Positions 46,170 through 57,524 of a stretch of DNA of 64,000 nucleotides are shown here, piece after piece. Both the position numbers and the translations under genes were made by a program. Below the pieces are notes generated by a model. The model did not search any database. It was not told where the DNA came from and was given only the letters and a program-made list of their open reading frames with translations. Within the stretch, counting starts at the first letter, position 1. Each line of letters opens with the position of its first letter. The stretch is from Herbiconiux sp. (GTDB taxonomy: Bacteria; Actinomycetota; Actinomycetes; Actinomycetales; Microbacteriaceae): NCBI RefSeq assembly GCF_023264855.1, contig NZ_JAHFUW010000020.1, positions 538 to 64,537 on the forward strand, read 5' to 3'.

Positions 46170-47367
46170 TGTGTTCCAGTTCTGCCCCGGCGAGCTCGGC
46201 CCGGCCCGCGGCGTCGGCGAGCGAGCGCGACTCGAGCCAGTGCTCAGGCAGCGCCGTCTTCTTGGGGCTGCCGGCGCGCCCGCGGGGGCCCTCGGCGTCG
46301 GCGCCCGGGTAGGGCAGCGACCAGTCGAGGGTGGCGAGGATCTCGTCCATCGCCTCCAGCGTCTTGACGGTGCTGAGCGCGGCCCGCACTTCGTGCCCGG
46401 CCGGGTAGCCCTTGAGGTACCACGCCACGTGCTTGCGGATGTCACGGCAGGCACGGTCTTCGTCGCCGAAGAACTCGGCGAGCAGCTCGGTGTGCCGGCG
46501 GAGCGTGCGTGCCACGTCGCCGAGCGACGGGGCGGCGCGCAGCGCGGCGGCCTCGGCGGCGGAGAGCTCGCCCGCCCGCACGCGGAACGCGGCGGCCAGG
46601 TCGCCGAACAGCCACGGCCTGCCGAGGCAGCCGCGGCCGACCACCACGCCGTCACAGCCCGTCTCGTTCATCATCCGCACGCCGTCTTCACCCGACCAGA
46701 TGTCGCCGTTGCCGAGAACCGGCACGCTCGTGATGGTCTCTTTGAGAGTGGCGATGGCCGACCAATCGGCCTCGCCGCTGTAGAAGTCGGAGGCGGTGCG
46801 CGCGTGCAGCGCGATGGCCGCGACGCCCGCGCCCTCGGCGGCGCGGGCCGCCTCGAGATAGGTGAGGTGGTCGGAGTCGATGCCCTTGCGCATCTTGACC
46901 GTCACCGGGATGGGCCCGGCGGCCTCCACCACCTGCTCCACGATCTCGCGGAACAGATCGAGCTTCCACGGCAGAGCCGCACCACCGCCCTTGCGGGTGA
47001 CCTTGGGAACGGGGCATCCGAAGTTCATGTCGATGTGGTCGGTGCGGTCTTCGTCGACCAGGATGCGCGCCGCCTGTGCCATCGTGGCCGGGTCGACCCC
47101 GTAGAGCTGGATGGAACGGGGTGTCTCGGAGGGGTGGTGCGTGATGAGCCGCATCGTCTCGGGGGTGCGCTCGACGAGGGCGCGCGAGGTGATCATCTCG
47201 CTCACGTAGAGGCCGGCGCCGAACTCACGGCACAACCGCCGGAACGCGGTGTTGGTAATCCCCGCCATCGGCGCGAGCACCACGGGCACGTCGAGCTGAA
47301 TCGGCCCGATCGCGAGCTTGGGCCCGGGCGCTGTCTGAGCCGGAGCAGTGAGAGTTGAAGAGGACAT
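46051..47367 (-). CDS. dusB: tRNA dihydrouridine synthase
   Basis: 438 aa. Contains VLAPMAGITNTAFRRLCREFGAGLYVSEMI, DMNFGCP and HARTA. The last ~39 aa are Arg-rich and overlap dgt. Confidence 0.9.
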   Translation of the reverse strand: MSSSTLTAPAQTAPGPKLAIGPIQLDVPVVLAPMAGITNTAFRRLCREFGAGLYVSEMITSRALVERTPETMRLITHHPSETPRSIQLYGVDPATMAQAARILVDEDRTDHIDMNFGCPVPKVTRKGGGAALPWKLDLFREIVEQVVEAAGPIPVTVKMRKGIDSDHLTYLEAARAAEGAGVAAIALHARTASDFYSGEADWSAIATLKETITSVPVLGNGDIWSGEDGVRMMNETGCDGVVVGRGCLGRPWLFGDLAAAFRVRAGELSAAEAAALRAAPSLGDVARTLRRHTELLAEFFGDEDRACRDIRKHVAWYLKGYPAGHEVRAALSTVKTLEAMDEILATLDWSLPYPGADAEGPRGRAGSPKKTALPEHWLESRSLADAAGRAELAGAELEHSGGRRDRRLHLRPHQGVLRFRRRASAARRALHPPQRLRA

Positions 47368-47476
47368 CGTGCGTCAATTCTCCCAGACGGATGCCGCACA
47401 TCCGTCATCGGCGGGAATCCTGTGGAGAGATCACGGGTTGTGGAGGGATGTGAGTGAGACGAGCGGCCTGGACCGC

Positions 47477-47938
47477 ATGCAGCAGGATGCCACCGACCGC
47501 GGTCTCGACGTGGAGGTGGTGCAGCGCCCCGCCGCCGGTTCCCTCGAGGAGGCCGCGGAGCTGCTCGGGCTGACCCCGGGCGCCATCGTGAAGAGCCTCG
47601 TGGTGAAGCGGCACGACGGCGACTTCCTGTTCGCCCTCATCCCGGGAGACCGGCAGATCAGCTGGCCGAAGCTCCGTGCGGTCGTGGGCGTGAACCGGCT
47701 CTCGATGCCGCACCAGGACGTGGCGCTCGAGGCGACCGGCTACGAGCGCGGCACGATCACCCCGATCGGCAGCAGCACCGCGTGGCCGGTCTACCTCGAC
47801 GAGTCGGTGGCGGGCCGTCGCGTGGCGCTCGGCGCCGGCGCCCACGGCCACAGCGCCTTCGTCGAGGCCGATGCGCTGGCCGCGGCCTACGGCGCGGTGG
47901 TGGCCGACATCTCCGAGCCGCTCACGCCGAAGGCCTGA
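47477..47938 (+). CDS. YbaK/EbsC-type aminoacyl-tRNA editing (deacylase) domain protein
   Basis: ATG at 47477; a GTG at 47450 is also possible. Contains IVKSLVVK and GTITPIG. Confidence 0.75.
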   Translation: MQQDATDRGLDVEVVQRPAAGSLEEAAELLGLTPGAIVKSLVVKRHDGDFLFALIPGDRQISWPKLRAVVGVNRLSMPHQDVALEATGYERGTITPIGSSTAWPVYLDESVAGRRVALGAGAHGHSAFVEADALAAAYGAVVADISEPLTPKA

Positions 47939-48047
47939 TCCGGGATCTCGCAGGAGTCGCCCTCGCAGACGACGCCCGCGGAGCCCAGGAGGGTCAGCGG
48001 GGCGAGCATGCCAGGGGCAGGGGTGGCCGCACCGTCGGCGCGCCCGC

Positions 48048-48719
48048 TCACGCGCCCACCTCGGTGCGCTCGCCGGCGACCTGCTCGAGCACCTGCACGA
48101 ACGCGGCCGCATCCTGGGCCCCGGAGACGCCGTAGCGCCCGTCGATCACGAAGAACGGCACGCCCTGGATGCCGTAGGCCTGGGCCTGCCGCTGGTCGGC
48201 ATGCACCGCCTCGAGGTACTCGTCGGCCTCGAGCGAGCGCACGACGTCGTCGCGATCGAGCCCGATCTCGGCTGCCAGATCGGCCAGCTCGGCGACCCGC
48301 CCCACGTGCTCGCCGTCGACGAAGTAGGCCTTGAGCAGGCGCTCCTTCATCTGCAGCTGCACGCCGTGCGCCTTCGCGTAGTGGATGAGCTGGTGGGCCT
48401 TCACCGTGTTGGTGTGCTTCACCTTGTCGAAGTCGTAGTCCAGCCCGACCGAGGAGGCGATTCCCGTCACGCGCTCGAGCATCTGCTCGACCTGCGCGAC
48501 CGGCATGCCCTTGCGCTCGGCCAGGTAGCTGGTGGTGCTGCCTTCGAAGTCGACCGGCGTATCCGGCGACAGCTCGAAGCTGTGGTACTCGATCTCGACG
48601 GGCACGGAGCCCTCGATCGAGGCGAACTGCTCGAGTCCGTCTTCGAGTTTGCGCTTGCCGATGTAGCACCACGGGCAGGCGATGTCGGACCAGATGTCGA
48701 TCTTGATGGCGTCACTCAC
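48048..48719 (-). CDS. DsbA/FrnE-family thiol:disulfide oxidoreductase
   Basis: GTG at 48719 (VSDAIKIDIWSDIACPWCYIGKRKL). CPWC active site. Confidence 0.85.
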   Translation of the reverse strand: MSDAIKIDIWSDIACPWCYIGKRKLEDGLEQFASIEGSVPVEIEYHSFELSPDTPVDFEGSTTSYLAERKGMPVAQVEQMLERVTGIASSVGLDYDFDKVKHTNTVKAHQLIHYAKAHGVQLQMKERLLKAYFVDGEHVGRVAELADLAAEIGLDRDDVVRSLEADEYLEAVHADQRQAQAYGIQGVPFFVIDGRYGVSGAQDAAAFVQVLEQVAGERTEVGA

Positions 48720-48807
48720 GAAGGGCACAACCTCGAACCGGTCGCGTTCATTCCGACCCGGATGCGACGGAGTAGCGTGACGACGAGAACGGCGAGAGGG
48801 GCCACCC

Positions 48808-49614
48808 ATGAACGGCACACCGAGCGGCACGAGCGACGACGTCGAGGTGCGCGGGATCGACTTCGCGTACACCGATCTCGGGCACGGCCCGCTGGTTCTG
48901 AACGCGCACGGGCTCAGCTCCAGCCGCGCCTCGAACGCGGCACTGGGGCTCGCCGACTTCTCCCCCGTCGCCGAGGCCGGCCGGCGCCTGATCTCCTACG
49001 ACGCCCGCGGACACGGCGCGTCCACGGGCACGCCCGTCGAAGCGCACTACACCTGGGACTTCCTGGCAGAAGACCTGCTCGCCCTGGCCCAGCACTTCTC
49101 CGCCGACGCGCCGGTCTCGGCGATCGGCACCTCGATGGGCACCGGCACCATCCTGCACGCCGCCACCCGCAGGCCCGACCGTTTCTCGCGCCTCGTGCTC
49201 ACGGCCCCGCCGACCGCGTGGGAGACCCGAGCGGGCCAGGGCGAGGTGTATCGCACGATGGCCACCCTGTTCGAGACGACCGACCCCGGCACCCTCGCCG
49301 AGATGCAGGCGCAGGCACCCGTCCCACCGATCTTCTCCGGGTTGGAGGGCTACCCGCCCCGGCCCGACATCCGGCCCGAGCTGATCCCGACGGTGTTCCG
49401 CGGCGCTGCACAGACCGATCTGCCCGCGCCGGAGAGCATCGCCGGACTGCGGCAGCCCACGCTCATCCTCGCGTGGGCCGGCGACCCCGGGCATCCGGTG
49501 TCCACGTCCGAGAAGCTCGCGGAGGCCATCGCCGGCTCGCAGCTGCACGTCTCCGAGAGCCACGACGATCTGCTCACCTGGGGCGAGCGTGCCGCCGCGT
49601 TCCTCAGCGTGTGA
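48808..49614 (+). CDS. alpha/beta hydrolase
   Basis: 268 aa. HG oxyanion motif (LNAHGLSSS) and nucleophile elbow GTSMG. GAGAGGGG lies upstream. Confidence 0.8.
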   Translation: MNGTPSGTSDDVEVRGIDFAYTDLGHGPLVLNAHGLSSSRASNAALGLADFSPVAEAGRRLISYDARGHGASTGTPVEAHYTWDFLAEDLLALAQHFSADAPVSAIGTSMGTGTILHAATRRPDRFSRLVLTAPPTAWETRAGQGEVYRTMATLFETTDPGTLAEMQAQAPVPPIFSGLEGYPPRPDIRPELIPTVFRGAAQTDLPAPESIAGLRQPTLILAWAGDPGHPVSTSEKLAEAIAGSQLHVSESHDDLLTWGERAAAFLSV

Positions 49615-49617
49615 CGG

Positions 49618-50421
49618 TCACTCGGCGCTCGGTGCGTCGACCGCTCCCCCGAAGCGCCGTGACCGGCCGGCGTAGTGCTCGATGGCCTGCCACAGGTCGG
49701 TGCGGGTGAAGTCGGGCCACAGCCGGTCGAGGAACACCATCTCGGCGTAGGCCGACTGCCAGGGCAGGAAGTTGCTGGTGCGCTGCTCCCCCGAACTGCG
49801 GAGGAAGAGATCCACGTCCGGCAGGTCGGGCACGTAGAGGTGCTTCTGGATCAGTTTCTCCGACACGGCGGAGGGGCGGATGCGCCCGGCCGCCACCTCG
49901 TCGGCGATCGCGCGCACGGCATCCGAGATCTCGTTGCGGCCGCCGTAGTTCACGCACATCGTCAGAGTCAGCGTGGAATTGTGCGCCGTCATCCGCTCGG
50001 CGAACTGCAGTTCTTTGATGACCGAGGCCCACAGCCGGGGCTTGCGGCCGGCCCAGCGGATGCGCACGCCCCACTCGTTCAGCTGGTCGCGCCGGCGGTG
50101 CAGAACCTCGCGGTTGAACCCCATCAGGAAGCGCACCTCGTCGGGCGACCGCTTCCAGTTCTCGGTCGAGAAGGCGTACACCGAGAGGTGTTTGACGCCG
50201 ATCTGCACGGCCCCGGCCACCACGTCGAGCAGGGCGGCCTCGCCGGCGCGGTGCCCCTCCACCCGGGTGAGGCCTCGCTGGTTGGCCCAGCGGCCGTTGC
50301 CGTCCATCACGATGGCGACGTGCTCGGGCACGGCTCCGCGCGGGAGGGAGGGCGGCTGCAGGCCCGTCCAGTCCAACGGCCGGAACGGCTCCGCGCGGGG
50401 CGAGGTGGTGCGAGGGCTCAC
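49618..50421 (-). CDS. uppS: isoprenyl transferase (undecaprenyl/decaprenyl diphosphate synthase family)
   Basis: GTG at 50421 overlaps the recO stop (GTGA). Contains [21 protein letters not shown], and [14 protein letters not shown]. Confidence 0.9.
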   Translation of the reverse strand: MSPRTTSPRAEPFRPLDWTGLQPPSLPRGAVPEHVAIVMDGNGRWANQRGLTRVEGHRAGEAALLDVVAGAVQIGVKHLSVYAFSTENWKRSPDEVRFLMGFNREVLHRRRDQLNEWGVRIRWAGRKPRLWASVIKELQFAERMTAHNSTLTLTMCVNYGGRNEISDAVRAIADEVAAGRIRPSAVSEKLIQKHLYVPDLPDVDLFLRSSGEQRTSNFLPWQSAYAEMVFLDRLWPDFTRTDLWQAIEHYAGRSRRFGGAVDAPSAE

Positions 50422-51167
50422 GGGGCTCGGACTTTCTTCGTCTGCGACCTCTCCACGTGCTCCAGGGATCGGAGCCCGCGCTCGAGGTGCCATTGGGTGT
50501 ACGCGGCAACGATACCGCTCGCCCGGGAGCGCACGCCGGAGTCGGATGCATCCGCCACCGCCCAGTCGCCGGTGAGCAGCGCCGACAGCAGTTCGAGGGT
50601 GCCCGGGTCGAGCCGCGGTGTTCCGGGCGGCGCCACCTCGTCGGCCACCACCCCGCCCAGCTGCACCACGAACGCCGAGTGCGGGCCGGCCTCCCCCGTC
50701 ACCGCGCAGTCGTAGAAGCTCGGCGCCCACCCCGCCATCGACAGGGCCCGCAAGAGATAGGAGTCGAGCGTCATCCCGGAGCCGTGCTCGCCCCGCGAGA
50801 GCGAGCGCAGCGCACCCACCAGCAGCAGGTACTGCTGCAGCGAGGGCTCGTGCTCGGTGAGCTTGTCGGCCGTCTCCACCATGGCGCTGGCCGCGGTGTA
50901 GCTGGCGTAGTCGGCGGTGATCTCGGCGCCGTAGGAGCCGATCGTCACCGCCTGCGTGATCGTGTCGAGCGAGCGGCCCTCGTAGAACTGCACGTCGGCC
51001 ACCATGAACGGCTCGAGCCGCGCGCCGAACTTCGAGGCCGTGCGCCGCACGCCCCGGGCGACGGCGCGCACCTTGCCGTGCTGGCGGGTGAGCAGGGTGA
51101 CGATCCGGTCGGCCTCACCCAGCTTGTGGGTGCGCAGCACGACGGCTTCATCACGGTAGACGGGCAT
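50418..51167 (-). CDS. recO: DNA repair protein RecO
   Basis: 249 aa. Starts [42 protein letters not shown]. Confidence 0.9.
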   Translation of the reverse strand: MPVYRDEAVVLRTHKLGEADRIVTLLTRQHGKVRAVARGVRRTASKFGARLEPFMVADVQFYEGRSLDTITQAVTIGSYGAEITADYASYTAASAMVETADKLTEHEPSLQQYLLLVGALRSLSRGEHGSGMTLDSYLLRALSMAGWAPSFYDCAVTGEAGPHSAFVVQLGGVVADEVAPPGTPRLDPGTLELLSALLTGDWAVADASDSGVRSRASGIVAAYTQWHLERGLRSLEHVERSQTKKVRAP

Positions 51168-51182
51168 CCGTCAATTATCCGC

Positions 51183-51860
51183 TCAGAACGCCTCGAAGGC
51201 CTTCCCCAGCTGCAGCGCGCCGAGAATCACGAACAGCACGGCCATGATCAGGTTGTTGTGCCGGATGAGCGAGGACTTCGCCGAGGCGAGCGCCCCGGAG
51301 ACCTTCGCTCCCCCGGTGCCGCCGACGAGCGTGATCACGATCAGGCCGAGCGAGGACAGGATCGCGAACACCGCCGAGCACACGAACACGAGCGACCAGG
51401 CCAGGTCGGCGCTGCCGATCTGCGCGCCAGCGGCGACGGCGATCGGGATGTTCTTCACATTGGCCACGCCGAGCAGCACGCCCAGGCCCGCGGATCTGGC
51501 GATGCCGAACGAATCCATCGCGGCCAGCCATTTCGGCTCGACGGGCTTCTGATCCTTCTTGGGCCGCTTCTTCCAGCTGCGATAGGCCAGGTAGAAGAAC
51601 AGCGCAGCGAAGGCGAAGCCGAGCACGATGTGCAGCACCTGCGCGAAGAACGAATCGTTCTGCGTGGTGCCCTTCGATCCGGATGCCAGACCGAGGATCA
51701 ACGCGAAGAACGCCACCGCGAAGGCGGCCGTGAACACCGCCGCATTGCCCTGCCCTTTCGGGCCGAGCAGCAGCGTGATCACGGCCACCAGCGGCAGCGG
51801 TGAGATGATCACCGCGAAGGCGAGAGGAAGCACCTCTCCGAGCACATGCCACACGATCAT
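51183..51860 (-). CDS. integral membrane protein (GAP/Sap-like family; name from memory)
   Basis: 225 aa and about 6 helices, with a KKRPKKDQK loop. Confidence 0.6.
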   Translation of the reverse strand: MIVWHVLGEVLPLAFAVIISPLPLVAVITLLLGPKGQGNAAVFTAAFAVAFFALILGLASGSKGTTQNDSFFAQVLHIVLGFAFAALFFYLAYRSWKKRPKKDQKPVEPKWLAAMDSFGIARSAGLGVLLGVANVKNIPIAVAAGAQIGSADLAWSLVFVCSAVFAILSSLGLIVITLVGGTGGAKVSGALASAKSSLIRHNNLIMAVLFVILGALQLGKAFEAF

Positions 51861-51876
51861 GTGCTCACCCTATCCG

Positions 51877-53728
<1,852 letters not shown>

Positions 53729-53744
<16 letters not shown>

Positions 53745-53773
53745 CAGCTAAGAAGGAGCAGACCGAAAAACAC
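53729..53773 (-). promoter_or_regulatory. candidate leuA leader peptide (V/M-FFGLLLLSCRDES-stop), possibly leaderless
   Basis: GTG TTT TTC GGT CTG CTC CTT CTT AGC TGC CGC GAC GAG TCC TAG, with four consecutive Leu codons. A TAGCCT -10-like hexamer ends 6 nt before the GTG. Confidence 0.45.
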
Positions 53774-53794
53774 GTGATCAGGCTAGCACGCCTC

Positions 53795-54523
53795 TCAGGG
53801 GGCTACTCGGCCGTTCGCGTTGAAGGCGTCGTAGGTGAGCGGCATCAGGGCGGCCCAGAGGTCTTCCATCTTCTCGGCGCACATCTCGATCTCGCGCTGC
53901 GGAAAGCTCGGGAAGTGGGTGTCGGCGCGCTTGGTGCGAAGCGACAGGAAGTTCATCAACGAGCGGGCATTCACCGTGACGTACATCGAGGAGTAGATGT
54001 TCAGCGGGAGCACGATGCGGGCGACCTCGCGTGCGACGCCGGCCGCCAGCATCCGCTCGTACGATTCGAAGGCGGCCGCGCTGGCGGTGCGCACCTCCTC
54101 GCTGGTGAGAGCGGTCTGCGCGGGCGTGCCGGGCAGGAAGTCGTAGGCACCGGGCTTGCCCACCTGCACCAGGTTGCGGTCGGGGCCGGGCACGTAGAAC
54201 ACCGGGCGGAGCTCCCGGTAGCGGCCCGACTCCTCGTTGTAGCTGGCGATCCGGTGCCGCATGAACTCGCGGAACACGAAGATCGGCGCCTGCACGTAGA
54301 AGGTCATTGAGTTGTGCTCGAAGGGCGAACCGTGCCGGTCGCGCATGAGGTAGTTGATCAGGCCGCGATCACGCTTCGGATCGGCCGCCGTCCCCGCCTC
54401 GGCATCCTCGAGCGTCTGCTCGCCCTGCGTCGAGACGCGCGCGGCGAACAGCACATCGGAGTCATGGGCGCTGGAGCGCACCAGCTCCACGGTCACGTCG
54501 GAACGGAAGAGGATCTCGGCCAC
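53795..54523 (-). CDS. thyX: FAD-dependent thymidylate synthase
   Basis: GTG at 54523. ThyX signature RHRIASYNEESGRY (RHR..S). Confidence 0.9.
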   Translation of the reverse strand: MAEILFRSDVTVELVRSSAHDSDVLFAARVSTQGEQTLEDAEAGTAADPKRDRGLINYLMRDRHGSPFEHNSMTFYVQAPIFVFREFMRHRIASYNEESGRYRELRPVFYVPGPDRNLVQVGKPGAYDFLPGTPAQTALTSEEVRTASAAAFESYERMLAAGVAREVARIVLPLNIYSSMYVTVNARSLMNFLSLRTKRADTHFPSFPQREIEMCAEKMEDLWAALMPLTYDAFNANGRVAP

Positions 54524-54660
54524 GCTGCCACGATATCGTCCCCGGCCGACACCGGCGCCGCCCGCTGCCTCCCGCACCCCTCCCCGCACCCCTCCTCCGG
54601 CCCGTAACAAACGTCACAGTTCGGCTGCGGGCTCCGGATGCGGCCTAGTGTGCGGTCATC

Positions 54661-55083
54661 ATGCATCCGCTCGCCGTCGTCCTCCTGCTGCTCGGTCTGG
54701 TCGCTCTCGCGACGGTGCTCGGGCTGGTGTGGCGTGTCCGCCAGGGCCGCCCGGCGTCGGTCGCGGAGACGGATGCGCTGCACCCGTCGCTCTTCGGCGA
54801 CGCCTCGGCGCTCGGCGCGCGCGCCACCCTCGTGCAGTTCTCGACGCAGCACTGCTCCACCTGCCCGGCCACGCACCGGCTGCTGAGCGAGGTGAGCCGG
54901 CGCACCACGGGGGTCGTGCATCTCGACGTGGATGTGACGGAGCGCGCCGATCTGATCCGCCGGTTCAGCATCCTGCAGACCCCGACCACCCTGATCCTGG
55001 ACCGCCACGGCGTGGTGCGCACCCGCATCGGCGGCTCCGTGCGGCGCGACGTCGTTGAGAGCCGACTGGAGGAACTCGTATGA
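54661..55083 (+). CDS. membrane-anchored thioredoxin-fold protein
   Basis: 140 aa. N-terminal helix, then LVQFSTQHCSTCP (CxxC) and a cis-Pro-type QTPT. Confidence 0.8.
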   Translation: MHPLAVVLLLLGLVALATVLGLVWRVRQGRPASVAETDALHPSLFGDASALGARATLVQFSTQHCSTCPATHRLLSEVSRRTTGVVHLDVDVTERADLIRRFSILQTPTTLILDRHGVVRTRIGGSVRRDVVESRLEELV

Positions 55084-55562
55084 TCGACCCCCGTTCACCG
55101 CGCTTCGGCGCCGGCATCACGGCGGTGCTGCTGCTGGTCACGATCGCGCTCGCTCTCGCGACCCCTCCCTCGGGCGCCGATGTGCTCGCCCGGGCCACGA
55201 ACCCCGCCGTGCTGCTGCTCACGGCCATCACCCTGCTATTCCTCTGGGGTGCAGCCGCCGGCATCCGCCGCCACCCCTACGGCTGGCTCTACCGCACGCT
55301 GATCAGGCCGCGGCTCGCGCCGCCGGCGGAACTCGAAGACCCGAAGCCGCCGACGTTCGCGCAGCTGGTCGGCTTCATCGTGACGGCGGCCGGGATCGCG
55401 CTCACGCTCGCCGGGATCCCCGCAGCCGCGGCGGTCGCCGCCGCTCTCGCGTTCGTCGCGGCCTTCCTCAACTCGGTCTTCGGCTACTGCATCGGCTGCC
55501 AGCTCTACCTGCTGCTCGCACGCGTGCGCGGCCGGTCCGCCGGATCGCGCGCCCGCGCCTGA
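55080..55562 (+). CDS. DUF4395 domain membrane protein
   Basis: 160 aa. Its start overlaps the thioredoxin stop (ATGA). 4 helices and a C-terminal GYCIGCQLY (CxxC). Confidence 0.75.
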   Translation: MIDPRSPRFGAGITAVLLLVTIALALATPPSGADVLARATNPAVLLLTAITLLFLWGAAAGIRRHPYGWLYRTLIRPRLAPPAELEDPKPPTFAQLVGFIVTAAGIALTLAGIPAAAAVAAALAFVAAFLNSVFGYCIGCQLYLLLARVRGRSAGSRARA

Positions 55563-55600
55563 GTGCTCGCTGCGCAGTCGCCGTCGCCCGCGCGTGACCG

Positions 55601-55619
55601 GTGCACTTTCGAAGTGCAC
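55601..55619 (+). terminator. short perfect hairpin after the DUF4395 gene
   Basis: GTGCACTT-tcg-AAGTGCAC. No U-tract follows. Confidence 0.35.
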
Positions 55620-55666
55620 GCCCTAGTCTGGAGCCACGCGTGAGCGCCATCGCGTCAACGCGCACA

Positions 55667-55704
55667 ACGGCAGCCCGCACCACGGCAGCCGGAAACACGG
55701 CAGC
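55667..55704 (+). repeat. three ACGGCAGC direct repeats with exact 15-nt phasing
   Basis: Copies start at 55667, 55682 and 55697, 40-77 nt upstream of the second osmC gene. Confidence 0.8.
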
Positions 55705-55743
55705 GATCACCAGCAGTGAGCACCGACACAGTGAGGATCACCC

Positions 55744-56169
55744 ATGACTGTGACCAGCGAAGCCACCACTCTGTGGCACGGCGACCTGATCAGCGGATCG
55801 GGCACCACCACCCTCGACAGCTCGGGAGCGGCGGGTGTCGCCGTGAACTGGCGGGCCCGCTCGGAGGGGACCGCCAGCGCCGCCACGCCTGAAGAGCTGC
55901 TCGGCGCAGCGCACGCCTCCTGCTTCTCGATGGGTCTCGCCTCGGCGCTGGCGGCGAACGGCACGCCGCTCGCGTCGGTGCAGACCACGGCGGCCGTCAC
56001 CTTAGACCCAGCCGAGGGCGTCACCGGAACCCAACTGCTCGTCAGCAGCGACATACCGGGCATCACCGAGGCCGACTTCCAGCGGATCGTGGAGGAGACC
56101 AATGCCGGATGCCCGGTCTACCGGGCACTCGCCGGCACCCCCATCACCCTCGAAGCGGGCCTCGTATGA
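55744..56169 (+). CDS. osmC: OsmC family peroxiredoxin (second paralog)
   Basis: 141 aa. Contains W.GDL..G.G, TPEELLGAAHASCF and NAGCPVYRAL. Confidence 0.9.
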   Translation: MTVTSEATTLWHGDLISGSGTTTLDSSGAAGVAVNWRARSEGTASAATPEELLGAAHASCFSMGLASALAANGTPLASVQTTAAVTLDPAEGVTGTQLLVSSDIPGITEADFQRIVEETNAGCPVYRALAGTPITLEAGLV

Positions 56170-57059
56170 GCGCGCCGCTGACCGTGCTGATCGCGGGCGG
56201 ATCCGGGTTCATCGGCACCGAGCTCTCGCGCCAGTTGACCGCCGACGGGCACACCGTGCTGACACTCGTGCGCCGGCCGGCGCGCACCGCGACCGAGCGC
56301 AGCTGGGACCCGGAGGCGCGCTGGCTCAAGACCTCCGTCGTCGATGGTGCAGACGCGATCATCAACCTCTCCGGCGCCTCCATCTCCCGGCTGCCGTGGA
56401 CGCTCCCGTACAAGCGCGAGATCCTGCAGTCGCGGGTGCTCGCCACCTCCACCATCGCCGAGGCGATCCTGCGCTCCGACTCGCCGCCCGACGTGCTGCT
56501 GAGCGGATCGGCGGTCGGCTTCTACGGCGACCGTCCCGGAGAGCTGCTCACCGAGAGCTCGCCCCAGGGCTCCGGCTTCCTGGCCAAGGTCACCGAGGCC
56601 TGGGAGCGGGCGGCCGCTCCAGCCGCCTCCCGCAGCCGGGTCGTCACGCTCCGCACGGGTCTCGTCGTCGGCAAGGGCGGCGGTGCGCTCAAGCCGCTGA
56701 CGCTGCTCACGAAGGCCGGCGTGTCCGGGCCGTTGGGCTCGGGCGAGCAGATCTGGCCCTGGATCAGCCTCTACGACGAGGCGGCCGCCATCCGTCACCT
56801 GCTCACCTCGTCGCTGGCGGGGCCCGTGAACCTCGCCGGACCGCGGCCCGTGCCGGCCGAGGTCGTAGGGCGCGAGCTCGCCGAGCGCCTGAACCGCCCC
56901 TACTGGCTGCCCGCCCCCGCCTGGGCGCTCAAGGCGGCGCTCGCGGATGCCGGTCGCGACCTGCTACTGGCCTCCCAAGACGTCTCCAGCCAGAAGCTGG
57001 TGGCGGATGGCTTCACCTTCCACGACGACACCTTCGAGAAGGCCCTCGCCGCGCTCTGA
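56166..57059 (+). CDS. TIGR01777/YfcH-type NAD-dependent epimerase-like oxidoreductase (SDR39U1)
   Basis: ATG at 56166 overlaps the osmC stop (ATGA). Contains GGSGFIG and the DUF1731-like C-terminus GFTFHDDTFEKAL. Confidence 0.85.
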   Translation: MSAPLTVLIAGGSGFIGTELSRQLTADGHTVLTLVRRPARTATERSWDPEARWLKTSVVDGADAIINLSGASISRLPWTLPYKREILQSRVLATSTIAEAILRSDSPPDVLLSGSAVGFYGDRPGELLTESSPQGSGFLAKVTEAWERAAAPAASRSRVVTLRTGLVVGKGGGALKPLTLLTKAGVSGPLGSGEQIWPWISLYDEAAAIRHLLTSSLAGPVNLAGPRPVPAEVVGRELAERLNRPYWLPAPAWALKAALADAGRDLLLASQDVSSQKLVADGFTFHDDTFEKALAAL

Positions 57060-57068
57060 CCCTGCCCG

Positions 57069-57524
57069 TCAGCGCGAGGCGCGGCGGGCCGTGCGCTCGA
57101 GGCGGATGGCGGTGTTGAGGGCGCCGCGCGCCCGGCGGCGGTCACCGCTCGCGTCGTAGGCGAGGCCCAGGCGGAACCAGGCGCGCCAGTCGGTGTCATC
57201 GGCTTCGACGGCCTCACGGTACTGCTCGAAGTCGGTGTCCGCGGCCTCGCGCACGGGCCGGCCGCTGGGGCGCTTGGGCAACTCGTCGACCGGCAGCTCG
57301 TCTTCCCGCTCGAGCTGCTGCACGAGCGACTGCGTTCGGAAGCCGAACTGCAGCTCGCGCCAGAGCGCCCAGGCGCCCACGATCGGCAGGATGATGAGTG
57401 CGGCGCCGATCCCGATGCCGATCGGCTCGCCCGTCCCCATGAACTGGAAGGCCCGCTGGGCCACCAGCACGATGTAGACGGCGAGCAGCACCGCCATGAT
57501 CAGGGCGGCGATCCGGCCTTTCAC
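57069..57524 (-). CDS. hypothetical membrane protein (2 helices plus a TPR-like C-terminus), coupled to dapB
   Basis: 151 aa. Its GTG overlaps the dapB stop. Natural composition. Confidence 0.6.
   Translation of the reverse strand: MKGRIAALIMAVLLAVYIVLVAQRAFQFMGTGEPIGIGIGAALIILPIVGAWALWRELQFGFRTQSLVQQLEREDELPVDELPKRPSGRPVREAADTDFEQYREAVEADDTDWRAWFRLGLAYDASGDRRRARGALNTAIRLERTARRASR

Noticed and set aside
46170-46655. An N-terminal extension of the dgt ORF, giving a 605-aa version
   Set aside because: The extension overlaps the well-supported dusB coding frame and reads as Ala/Arg/Ser/Pro low-complexity sequence. Conserved Dgt sequence begins just after the GTG at 46169.
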